Below are positions 19,006 to 27,780 of a stretch of DNA of 64,000 nt, piece by piece (within the stretch, counting starts at the first letter, position 1; each line of letters starts with the position of its first letter). Position numbers and translations under genes: made by a program. The DNA lies in contig MESW01000003.1 of NCBI GenBank assembly GCA_001771135.1, positions 235,786-299,785 of the forward strand, read 5' to 3'. This stretch comes from a candidate division CPR3 bacterium GWF2_35_18 (GTDB taxonomy: Bacteria; Patescibacteriota; CPR3; GWF2-35-18). The notes under the pieces are model-generated. The model was given only the letters and a program-made list of their open reading frames with translations. It made no database searches and was not told the DNA's origin.

Positions 19006-19410
19006 TTATCCTTTTTGATTTAATTCTTCGTTTTTCCCCGATCTTTCTGCAAGATCAGTCCAAAGATCTTGAGAATAAAGCGTAACACCATCTTTCTGAA
19101 GTAGATTTTTTATTCTGGACATTTCACTAAAATCAACAAACTCTTTCCCTTTTACACTAATTATTCTCACGATAAATAAAGTACTAATCAAATCTTGTTT
19201 CTGTCGACCGGAATCAGATCCATCATCTTTCACTTTTTGCTCGCTATATCCATGTATTGAATACTGAATCCTGTTTTCTTGTAAAACAGCCTCTGTAACT
19301 TCTAGATCCTCAGCACAAACAAGAACTTCAGTCATAGACAAGCGTGGTCTCTCTATTTTGATCTTATTATCAGGTAACGGAATTCTTCCCGATTCATGAT
19401 TTTGACCCAT
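19006..19410 (-). CDS. Hypothetical protein (134 aa)
   Basis: ORF only. No family was recognised with confidence. Confidence 0.35.
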   Translation of the reverse strand: MGQNHESGRIPLPDNKIKIERPRLSMTEVLVCAEDLEVTEAVLQENRIQYSIHGYSEQKVKDDGSDSGRQKQDLISTLFIVRIISVKGKEFVDFSEMSRIKNLLQKDGVTLYSQDLWTDLAERSGKNEELNQKG

Positions 19411-19421
19411 GATATCTTTAT

Positions 19422-20210
19422 TTAATTATTAGAATTAGCTCCTTTTACTTTTTCGATTTCGCGAAGAAGCTTTTCATTCATCATTGTTTCGATCTCGCTC
19501 TTAACAAGCTCATCATATTGAGTGCTATTAAGAACATCGACTATTTTTTGCTTTAATTCATAAGATGGAGTTGCCATATTGGTTTCTACAAGTGAGTTGA
19601 TTGCATTCTTAATTCCTGAAATCGAGATTGTCTGTAAATCTTGATAATAACTAGATTTCGTCCCAACCTTATCAGCAAAGTAATCAATCACTCCTTGTTG
19701 TTTAACAGTATTTGCCTCAATTTTTCTCACTAAAGCTATTAAATCCTCACTATTTAACTCTTTTAATTCAGAGAGTGAATTTGTTGCCAAAGTAATTTGT
19801 TCATTATAGGTATTCAAAGTATCTTTGGCTTTATCAAAGCTTTTATTTTCAATTAGACGATAACTTTCGGATAATCTTCTTTCTGCATTTTTGAGGATCA
19901 TCTCTACTTTTTTAGTTTCGTCAAAAGTAAAAAACAACACCACTTTCTCCCAAAGAATCTTTAGAGGATAAAATGGTGAGGTTGGCAAAATCATTACTTC
20001 CGGTAAACCAAGGGTTAAAAATCCTTTGATTTTGGAAGCGCTTTTGGACGTTTCAATATCTGGTAAAGAATCCGAATCACTGGTTTCTTTCGTAGAAGCT
20101 AAAAATGGAGAGGTTGCCTCTTCACTTTCTAGTGGAATATCTTCAGCAAAAATGGGGGTAGTATTACTTAAGACTAATAATACAAAAACAAAGATAATTG
20201 CTTTTTTCAT
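19422..20210 (-). CDS. Secreted hypothetical protein with a signal peptide
   Basis: MKKAIIFVFVLLVLSNTTPIFA signal peptide followed by a helical, acidic body. Confidence 0.5.
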   Translation of the reverse strand: MKKAIIFVFVLLVLSNTTPIFAEDIPLESEEATSPFLASTKETSDSDSLPDIETSKSASKIKGFLTLGLPEVMILPTSPFYPLKILWEKVVLFFTFDETKKVEMILKNAERRLSESYRLIENKSFDKAKDTLNTYNEQITLATNSLSELKELNSEDLIALVRKIEANTVKQQGVIDYFADKVGTKSSYYQDLQTISISGIKNAINSLVETNMATPSYELKQKIVDVLNSTQYDELVKSEIETMMNEKLLREIEKVKGANSNN

Positions 20211-20256
20211 CGTAAGATAATGGTATTAAGAAAAGGGTAAAATGTCAAATTTCACT

Positions 20257-20853
20257 CTAAAAACTGTGAACAAACGAATCTACTATTTTGAATAAAGTTT
20301 CTTTTTCTACTGAGGTCATTTTTCTCTCTCCTATTCCATCATAGTTAAGTACTATTCCTCCATATGATCTACTCTCTGGACTATCATTAAAAATTCCAAA
20401 GATATAATCATCTTTATCATTAAAAGAAATAAGATGTAAAGTGATAATATCACGACTATAGATCACAGTGTCACTACAAGTACTATCTGCCATACAACCA
20501 TAACTTCGTCCCAGATTTTCAACCTCCACCAAAAATCCATCACCTTTTAATCCAATCTGACCAATATTATGGGTAACTTCATTACTCTCACATTCCCAGT
20601 TGATAGGGATTTTGAAGGATAAATTTAATCCAAAATTACGACATTCTTTCCAACCATCATATTGATTTTGAAGTGAAACTGATTCTGAGATTTCCTTTTT
20701 ATCCTCAAAAAAATTTGGAAAACCTTGATTGGTAATGGTAAAAATAATAACTATAAAAATAAAAAGGCACCCTATTATTATCCATCTTTTCAAATGGTTT
20801 TTGGGTTTACAGTATTCACAATCTTCTAAATCTGTTTTTTTATGAACAGCCAT
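20257..20853 (-). CDS. Membrane-anchored hypothetical protein
   Basis: N-terminal TM helix WIIIGCLFIFIVIIFTI. Confidence 0.45.
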   Translation of the reverse strand: MAVHKKTDLEDCEYCKPKNHLKRWIIIGCLFIFIVIIFTITNQGFPNFFEDKKEISESVSLQNQYDGWKECRNFGLNLSFKIPINWECESNEVTHNIGQIGLKGDGFLVEVENLGRSYGCMADSTCSDTVIYSRDIITLHLISFNDKDDYIFGIFNDSPESRSYGGIVLNYDGIGERKMTSVEKETLFKIVDSFVHSF

Positions 20854-20870
20854 ATAAAATAATGATTAAT

Positions 20871-23627
20871 TTAGGCTAATCTAACAGTAAAAGAGAACGT
20901 ACTTCCTTTACCTAAGATTGATTTGACTCCGATTTTTCCACCATGCAATTCTACTAATGCTTTTGAGATATACAATCCCAATCCAGTTCCAGATGTTTCG
21001 GAAATCATCGCATATGATTCATCGAGTCTTACAAATTTTTTAAACAGTTTTGGAATATCCTGTCTAGAAATTCCTCTACCAGTATCAGTCACATCAATCT
21101 GTACAAATTTACCTTTACGATGAGCCCCTACTTTTACCTTGCCATGCGGAGAGGTAAATTTTAAAGCATTCCCCACCAAATTGAGAAGAACTTCACGGAT
21201 TTTCTTTTCATCAATATCTACTTTTGGCAGTAAAGCTTTAGAGAAGTCATATGTAAGCTCAATCTTCTTCTCAACAGCTTTTGGCAATATTTCATCAAAG
21301 GTACTTTTTATCAGATCTTCTATCTGCTCCGGATGAAATACCATCTCAATTCTTCCACCTTCAATACGCGAGACATCAAGCATATCGGAAACCAAAGCAA
21401 TCAATCTTTCTGTGGATCTAATGATTTTATCTAAATAATCTTTTTGGTGCGGAGATAAACGAGCCTTATGTTTCCCTCTTTGTAACATCCACGCATATCC
21501 CTGAATTGCAGTCATAGGTGTTCGCAATTCATGTGAAGCGATGGAAACAAATTCATCCTTCATCCGATCTAGCTCTTTAAGATGATTATTGGCTCTTTCA
21601 AGTTGTTCATTTGTATGCGTAAGACTGTCGTAAAGACTGGCATTCTCGATCGCAATTCCTGTTTGATCTGCAAAAGCCTGCATTAACTCTTTTTCTTTAC
21701 TGGTAATCTTCTTGATATCTTTCTGTAATCCAAGGACAACTACCCCTAATTTTTTACCTTTCGCCGAAAGTGGCCAAACGACGTTGGTCTTTATGCCCGT
21801 TTGTTGTTGAATTTTCTTACTCAAACTTTCTGGTATTACTGGATTATAAAGATCGGAAAGACGTGGAAAATACATTGGTTTTGATTCAAAAACGGTCTTT
21901 ACTAAAGGATTTTCTTTATCAAATAAAGAAATTGTAAATTGGTGAATTTTTTTAGGCAAATATTCTTTAATTTTATCGAAACTAGGGGTTTGAGAAATAG
22001 CTCGAGCGCGTAGAATATGGTGTTTCTCGTCAATAAGAGCAATCATTCCCCCTACATAACCCATTTCCCATGAGATTGTATCTACGATTTTCTGACTCAT
22101 GAGATCAAGATCTAAAGTATTCATAATAATCTGATCTAAGCTACGTAATATCGCCAAAAAGTGATTTTTTCCACGTAAATCTGCAGTAGCATTAGCAACC
22201 TCTTTCTGCAGGTTTTTAGAAAAGTTCTGAACCTCAGAATAGAGATATGCGTTTTCTATTGCAATCCCAGCCTGATATGACAACGTTTCTAACGAATGAA
22301 TATCATTGACAGTAAAAGCTTCATTGCTCTTTTTCTCTCCTAGAATAATCATTCCGGTAATCTTCTCTGTTCCATGTAAGGGAATGATTACCTGTCCTGA
22401 CACCTTAGAAAGCTCTTCAATAATTTTCTCTGACTCAACTTTCTTTAGATCGGTATCAAGCTGAGCTCTCATTTCATCGATCACTAAAATCTCTTCATCA
22501 CGTAAAATTCTCTGAATAATTGGATCTTGTATAGCAAGATCAAAATTATTTAACTTATCACCCATAGATCTTAGTTCATTATTATTAGAAAAAATGAAAA
22601 AAGTGACAAAATTCACATGAAAAACGTCTTTAAATGCATCCTGTATTCTTTTAACAAGAGATTCTAGATCAATACTTTCAGCCATTGTACGAGCAAGACG
22701 ATTTAAAACCTCTTGCTCCGTATAAGTACGTTGGAAAAAAAATTTATCCGTCACGAGAATAATAATATTACTGATAAACTGACCCAAAAGTGCAACAATC
22801 AATACCAAAACAAAGATCAGAATAAATGCACGAGTATCGATTGGTACTTTTGTCAAAAGACTATAGACATATAGACCTAAGACTGAAATACCAAAAAGAA
22901 TGGAGCTATAAAGAAGCTTAATAATTAGAGCTCGAACCGCAAAACGGATATCAAGAAAACGCGTTTTCATTATTGCATAAGTTATAAATCCTACAAGCAA
23001 TAAAGTAGCAACAGGACCAAGATTTTGTATATCATAATATCCTGTAAACAATGGTATAAAAATATTAGTTAAAGATCCAAAGATTACTGCAAAAGTAATC
23101 CCAAGGATAAAAAATTTGATTTGCAACCTTTCTATACCTACGCTTTTTCTAAGCTTTTTAATTAGGAAAAAAATGTTTGCTATAGTATATCCGACGAAAT
23201 GAATTATAAACCAAATATATAGAGAACCATAAACAGTTGTTCTACTATTTCCATTAACCAATTCTTCTGCTGCTATTAATGGTGTAAAAAATGCCACTAT
23301 AAATAGTAGAAGACTTTCAGTGAATGTAAATTTAGTAATATATTTAAATTTAAAACTTTCTTCTTTTGGAAAAATCTCAACAAACTTTAATAATAAGTAA
23401 GGCATTAATGACGAAGCTGCGAAGTTAAAACGGCCCATCCATAATACGAAAACACAATTATTAATATAATAATATAAGTACAAGCTAACTAACCAAGCAA
23501 TTATACATAAAATAAACAAAGTAAATAAGATATTTTTTTTATTATGTTTATTTTTAGAAAAAACAATTACAGCTAGAAAAAAATTAGCAAAAAAAGTAAA
23601 AGCATAGAAAGGTAAAGAATTTTCCAT
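20871..23627 (-). CDS. Sensor histidine kinase: multi-TM N-terminus, GAF domains, HisKA and HATPase_c. No response regulator in the window.
   Basis: 918 aa. About 7 N-terminal TM helices. H-box SIASHELRTPMTAIQGY. ATPase G-boxes DTGRGI and GTGLGLYISKALVELHGGKIGV. Confidence 0.85.
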   Translation of the reverse strand: MENSLPFYAFTFFANFFLAVIVFSKNKHNKKNILFTLFILCIIAWLVSLYLYYYINNCVFVLWMGRFNFAASSLMPYLLLKFVEIFPKEESFKFKYITKFTFTESLLLFIVAFFTPLIAAEELVNGNSRTTVYGSLYIWFIIHFVGYTIANIFFLIKKLRKSVGIERLQIKFFILGITFAVIFGSLTNIFIPLFTGYYDIQNLGPVATLLLVGFITYAIMKTRFLDIRFAVRALIIKLLYSSILFGISVLGLYVYSLLTKVPIDTRAFILIFVLVLIVALLGQFISNIIILVTDKFFFQRTYTEQEVLNRLARTMAESIDLESLVKRIQDAFKDVFHVNFVTFFIFSNNNELRSMGDKLNNFDLAIQDPIIQRILRDEEILVIDEMRAQLDTDLKKVESEKIIEELSKVSGQVIIPLHGTEKITGMIILGEKKSNEAFTVNDIHSLETLSYQAGIAIENAYLYSEVQNFSKNLQKEVANATADLRGKNHFLAILRSLDQIIMNTLDLDLMSQKIVDTISWEMGYVGGMIALIDEKHHILRARAISQTPSFDKIKEYLPKKIHQFTISLFDKENPLVKTVFESKPMYFPRLSDLYNPVIPESLSKKIQQQTGIKTNVVWPLSAKGKKLGVVVLGLQKDIKKITSKEKELMQAFADQTGIAIENASLYDSLTHTNEQLERANNHLKELDRMKDEFVSIASHELRTPMTAIQGYAWMLQRGKHKARLSPHQKDYLDKIIRSTERLIALVSDMLDVSRIEGGRIEMVFHPEQIEDLIKSTFDEILPKAVEKKIELTYDFSKALLPKVDIDEKKIREVLLNLVGNALKFTSPHGKVKVGAHRKGKFVQIDVTDTGRGISRQDIPKLFKKFVRLDESYAMISETSGTGLGLYISKALVELHGGKIGVKSILGKGSTFSFTVRLA

Positions 23628-23653
23628 AATTTATATAGTAATCAAAAAGTATT

Positions 23654-24541
23654 TCATTTAACTAAATTATTACACAAATATTCCTTTGAGACTAGACGCT
23701 CCCACTCGTGAGTATTAATTTTAGACAAAGTTTCAATTTCATTATTTGGTATTGATTTTTTTGCTAAAGTAAAATATGGAGCAGCCACTAGAGCACACCC
23801 AATTTCATTTTGGTGAACAAAGACATCTTTTACGACAACAAAGATCTCTTTATAATCAACTTTTTGATTTTCACCTATCATTAAAATACTTGTCGCTATT
23901 TTCCTAGATATTGGCTCATACAATTCAACGTTATATTTCATTGGATGTTCACCATCAGGTATAAAACCCATATCTTCCATTAAAAGATTTGCATTTTGTG
24001 TTCTATCATTTGCGATACCAATAGCAATAGCAGAATATATACGAATTGGTCCTTTTAATTTTATATTTTTACCTGCACATGGTACATGAGATCCAGGCAA
24101 AAGTGGGAATCTTTTTTTCTCAACAGTTCCAAATAATCGTTTAGTAGCATTAACAAGTGGTTCTCCAGAGTATACACGAACAATTCTTCCGTTTCTTTTC
24201 ACAGATGAAACTCCATAAGCAGACTCCTGTCTGATATTGCTATGCCTAGCAATATCATATCCCCATATCAAACCATTTAATCCACAAAATGAAGATACTG
24301 TGATCATGTTTATTTGTCCAATATTTGTATCATATACCTCAGCTTTATCAAATGCATTTATTTTATCTAAATTATCCGATCCACTACTAGTCAATTCTAT
24401 TTTCGACCTACCAACACCTAAAACTATACCTAAAATATAATTATTCCCGGAGGCCCCTGGACTACCAAAGCCATCACAATAATAATCATATGAGCTTATT
24501 GATCCCTTTAATCTGTCTGTTACTTTTATTTTTTTTGTCAT
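23654..24541 (-). CDS. Pyruvoyl-dependent amino-acid (histidine-type) decarboxylase proenzyme-like (HdcA/PF02329-like)
   Basis: 295 aa. The motif order matches my recollection of the Lactobacillus 30a HdcA proenzyme: IGQINMITVSS-FCGLNGLIWGYDI, with the Ser-Ser self-cleavage site at about residues 83-84. Then SHVPCAGKN, IYSAIAIGIANDRT and VAAPYFTLAKKSIPNNEIE. Confidence 0.55.
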   Translation of the reverse strand: MTKKIKVTDRLKGSISSYDYYCDGFGSPGASGNNYILGIVLGVGRSKIELTSSGSDNLDKINAFDKAEVYDTNIGQINMITVSSFCGLNGLIWGYDIARHSNIRQESAYGVSSVKRNGRIVRVYSGEPLVNATKRLFGTVEKKRFPLLPGSHVPCAGKNIKLKGPIRIYSAIAIGIANDRTQNANLLMEDMGFIPDGEHPMKYNVELYEPISRKIATSILMIGENQKVDYKEIFVVVKDVFVHQNEIGCALVAAPYFTLAKKSIPNNEIETLSKINTHEWERLVSKEYLCNNLVK

Positions 24542-24550
24542 AGATTTTCC

Positions 24551-25495
24551 TTATTTTGCTAATCTTCTAATTAAATTGGGTGAAACGTTTTGTTGGATTT
24601 TCAATAAAGAAACAATATCTGGATGATATAAAAAAACTAAGCCATCCGCAGTTTGATGTATTGCTTCAAAACCATACATAGATGCTAAACGAAAAACTTG
24701 AGAACGCGTTGATGTCCAAAACACCGCTTCTTTTGCTCCATTGTATACACCATGTTCAAAGGCAACTCTTGCAAGATTGAAGAAAGAACCTGGAACATCT
24801 CTAAAGTTAGTATCTGGATCATCAGCTCTTAGTGTTCCCATCTCATCTTCGTATAATATATTTTCTAAATTTGCTCCTCTTTCTTGAAGGGCTTGCTCTA
24901 CTTGAAGTAATTCTTGTCGACCTGAATCATTTCCTTTAAATCTTGCATTAAATATCCTATCAGAAATTCCATTCCATGAACCCACACAACATTCTACAAA
25001 ACCGCCTACAAGAGTATCTTCATTACCATACATAATTCCTAAACATGGTTTTATATCTTCTGATGGTCTTAACTCCGAAATAAATCTATCTTTTAATTCA
25101 TCTCTATTGTAATAAGGCTTTAATTCTCCATTACAACTTTGGCATATTCCACTACTACCTTGATTTAAAGGTATTATCTTCCCGCAATTAATACATTTCC
25201 AACCTTCACCCCAAATTACTTCTCCCGTATTTTTATCAATTTCATCATCTCCAAATACTTTAACATATGTATCTACCAATGAATCTATTAAAGTTTCATC
25301 AATTTTTTCCATTGAATTATAGGAATAATATCTTTCTGGAAGCTTTATTTTAGCTCTTTCTGGAGAAGATGATAATGGTAGAAATTTAGGAATTCCTTGA
25401 AGTAGTAGAGATTTGAAGCCACCAGAATCTGACCTCATAACAGGTATTGCAGCTTTTATAAATTCAGTTTCATCAAAAGGTTTTTCATCATTCAT
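24551..25495 (-). CDS. GNAT-fold-like (acyl)transferase with an inserted C4 zinc ribbon. Paralog of the next gene.
   Basis: VKVFGDDE... N-terminal motif. Zinc-ribbon insertion CINCGK...CQSCNG. C-terminal GNAT-like motif ...AVFWTSTRSQVFRLASMYGFE (N..A..lY...GF pattern). Confidence 0.45.
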   Translation of the reverse strand: MNDEKPFDETEFIKAAIPVMRSDSGGFKSLLLQGIPKFLPLSSSPERAKIKLPERYYSYNSMEKIDETLIDSLVDTYVKVFGDDEIDKNTGEVIWGEGWKCINCGKIIPLNQGSSGICQSCNGELKPYYNRDELKDRFISELRPSEDIKPCLGIMYGNEDTLVGGFVECCVGSWNGISDRIFNARFKGNDSGRQELLQVEQALQERGANLENILYEDEMGTLRADDPDTNFRDVPGSFFNLARVAFEHGVYNGAKEAVFWTSTRSQVFRLASMYGFEAIHQTADGLVFLYHPDIVSLLKIQQNVSPNLIRRLAK

Positions 25496-25585
25496 AATTC
25501 ATAACAGTATAATACTATATTTATGAAATTACTGGAAGGAATAAGACTATTATGAGGCATTTAGCCTTATTCCTTCCATTTTTAG

Positions 25586-26290
25586 TCATAACCGTGACGT
25601 TAGCTTCATTAAACGTGCGATTTTACGTTGTTTTAGATTCTGTGTGATTTTCAGTAACGGAGTAAAATCGCGATTTACAAGGAATACAATACCTTCACTT
25701 TCACATAAAGGTTCGAATCCCATGTAAACTGACAAGTTTGCAATATTGCTTTTCCATGAAGTCCAGAAAATAAGAGATTTTACTCCTTGATTGAATGCTA
25801 ATTCCAATCCTGGCCTCAACAGAAATTGAATTGGAGTTAAACCTCCTCTTGATGTCGAAGTTATAGCAAATTCATCATAGAATAATATTGAATCGCTTTT
25901 GGTATGGGGTAAATTTGCCAATAACTGCCTTACGCCAGTGAAATTGGATTTTGTTCGAAGTATTCTCTGTGATATTTGCGATTTGGGAATTAACGCTCCC
26001 CAACTAAAACCAACCACACCTAAAGGTGAAGACATGGTTGTTAAAAATCCGGATTCAATTTCGTCGTATAAACGGCATAAAATTGTTTCAGGATCATGAA
26101 TCTCATTCCAGGGAGGTTCTCCGAAAACCTGAATGTAAGCAGAAACTACCTGCTGTGCAACAGTCTCTGGACATGAATCAAAATATGAATGAAATTTTGG
26201 GGGAATTCGAACTGGGGATCCCTCAAGTGGGTAAATCTTATATGGCAATGTACCCATTCTTAGAATAGATCTAATCAACAAGTATTTCAT
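25586..26290 (-). CDS. GNAT-fold-like (acyl)transferase. Paralog of 24551-25495.
   Basis: IQVFGEPPWNE, then SRGGLTPIQFLL, then ...SLIFWTSWKSNIANLSVYMGFE. The C-terminal tails of the two paralogs are alike. GGAGAG RBS. Confidence 0.45.
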   Translation of the reverse strand: MKYLLIRSILRMGTLPYKIYPLEGSPVRIPPKFHSYFDSCPETVAQQVVSAYIQVFGEPPWNEIHDPETILCRLYDEIESGFLTTMSSPLGVVGFSWGALIPKSQISQRILRTKSNFTGVRQLLANLPHTKSDSILFYDEFAITSTSRGGLTPIQFLLRPGLELAFNQGVKSLIFWTSWKSNIANLSVYMGFEPLCESEGIVFLVNRDFTPLLKITQNLKQRKIARLMKLTSRL

Positions 26291-26345
26291 TTACATCTCT
26301 CCTTCTGCCATAAAGGCATTTTTCTACTTGTTTTTATGGTATTTT

Positions 26346-26361
26346 CGACAATAAATTGTCG
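26346..26361. promoter_or_regulatory. Palindrome CGACAAT-aa-ATTGTCG about 60 bp upstream of the GNAT-like gene. Candidate operator.
   Basis: Perfect 7-bp arms with a 2-nt spacer, directly downstream of the XRE regulator gene and upstream of 25586-26290. Confidence 0.35.
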
Positions 26362-26406
26362 GGTTTAATGTAGTTTATAAATGTGCAAAATTATTTACTT
26401 AAAGAT

Positions 26407-27162
26407 TTAAAAGTTTTGTGGAATATATTCCACAATTCTAAAACGAGGATATCGCACCAGATTGATTGCTGACATATAATGACACACCTCTCCTACATCT
26501 TTAATAAAATAAATCGAATTATCACTTAAAATATTAGTATTATTGTATTTCTCTTGCGCTTTTATCCAATATTGATGAAATTCTATATAATTTATAGTTA
26601 AATAGTTGATTAAGTCAGTCGTTACTTTGGTGTTCTTAGATAGTTCATAATTTGTATATCTCATAAAAAAAACTAAGTCGTTTAAAAAAAGTGTTTCCCA
26701 TCGTTCCTTTTTCATTGCTTTTTTAAATTGAGGTTGTAGCATAATTTCTAACATGTTCCGGCCTTTAAACATATTTGCGAATATTGAATTTACTCTAAAT
26801 AAATTCAATATTTTTTTGTTCCAATTATGAATGAATAAATAATCATCTTCTAAAAACGATGGATACTTAGATAATTTTAAATATGAATCTGTCTCATTTA
26901 TTGCTAATTTTACTTCTTCAGAATTAACCCTATCTTGCTGAATCCCTATTAGATACATTGCTTGTTTATCTGTTAAATCTAATACTTTCGTAATTTTTAG
27001 TAACGTTTCTTTCGTAGGGTTTATTTGACCGGATTCAACCTTAGAAATATGTCCATTAGAAGCACCAATTTCAAGCTCTAACTGTTGTTGAGTTAATCCT
27101 TTTGAAATTCGAAATTTTTGAACTTTTTCTCCAATCTGTTTTACATTTTCTTCTTTAAACAT
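26407..27162 (-). CDS. XRE-family HTH transcriptional regulator with an approximately 180-aa C-terminal domain (Rgg/RNPP-like architecture is possible)
   Basis: N-terminal HTH ISKGLTQQQLELEIGASNGHISKVESGQINP. 251 aa. Confidence 0.8.
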   Translation of the reverse strand: MFKEENVKQIGEKVQKFRISKGLTQQQLELEIGASNGHISKVESGQINPTKETLLKITKVLDLTDKQAMYLIGIQQDRVNSEEVKLAINETDSYLKLSKYPSFLEDDYLFIHNWNKKILNLFRVNSIFANMFKGRNMLEIMLQPQFKKAMKKERWETLFLNDLVFFMRYTNYELSKNTKVTTDLINYLTINYIEFHQYWIKAQEKYNNTNILSDNSIYFIKDVGEVCHYMSAINLVRYPRFRIVEYIPQNF

Positions 27163-27293
27163 ATATTGTCGGACATTAAGAAAAAGCTATGATAACGGCA
27201 TTATTATACAGAAATTAAGCTTTTTTGCCAAGAAATTTTTATTTAAAAAAAATTCTATCAACTTCAAGGTTAATATGACGCCCAAAAACACGA

Positions 27294-27317
27294 ATTTGTA
27301 TTGCATGACAAAGACAA
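27294..27317. promoter_or_regulatory. 24-nt imperfect palindromic motif ATTTGTATTGCATGACAAAGACAA in the divergent promoter region. Copy 1 of 2.
   Basis: 21 of 24 nt identical to the second copy at 27686-27711. Has TTTGT/ACAAA arms. Confidence 0.35.
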
Positions 27318-27437
27318 GTAATTTACTTTATGTTATACCGAAAAATATACTCAACATTATAAATTTGCATAAAAGAGAAGTTGAGTATAAATCGAATTGA
27401 AAATATCCTATTATAAATTGGAAAATTCAGAATTTAG

Positions 27438-27674
27438 ATGACTAAAATGACCTATTATTTACGACAACTACGCCCCAGTGAATATCGAAAATTATTGAAC
27501 CATTATTTTCCGGAATCATTCATAGATCATGAGGTTCTACGAAAATACACGCTTTTTCTTTATGAATCAGCAGTAGAACCTGATAATGATATTTATTGGG
27601 ATTTTGAGCAGTGGCTAGAAGAAAAAACTGAAGAATTTGCTACACCAGACATTGAGAGTGGCTACAAGTTTTAA
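27438..27674 (+). CDS. Small hypothetical protein (78 aa), divergent from the XRE regulator
   Basis: ORF only. Acidic, with no signal peptide. Flanked by the two 24-nt motifs. Confidence 0.3.
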   Translation: MTKMTYYLRQLRPSEYRKLLNHYFPESFIDHEVLRKYTLFLYESAVEPDNDIYWDFEQWLEEKTEEFATPDIESGYKF

Positions 27675-27685
27675 AAAAGCGTTAA

Positions 27686-27711
27686 GATTTGTATTGCGAT
27701 ACAAAGACAAA
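27686..27711. promoter_or_regulatory. Second copy of the 24-nt motif (GATTTGTATTGCGATACAAAGACAAA), upstream of secreted-protein gene 27781
   Basis: Near-palindrome TTTGTAT-tgcg-ATACAAA. Confidence 0.35.
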
Positions 27712-27780
27712 CGAATAACATTCTGATATATCTTACATATCAATGAAAAATATTAAATAAATTATTTTGAAAGGAAATTT

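Noticed and set aside
25710-25721. GGTTCGAATCCC T-loop-like sequence, which might indicate a tRNA
   Set aside because: It lies inside a coding region. The flanks cannot form T or acceptor stems.
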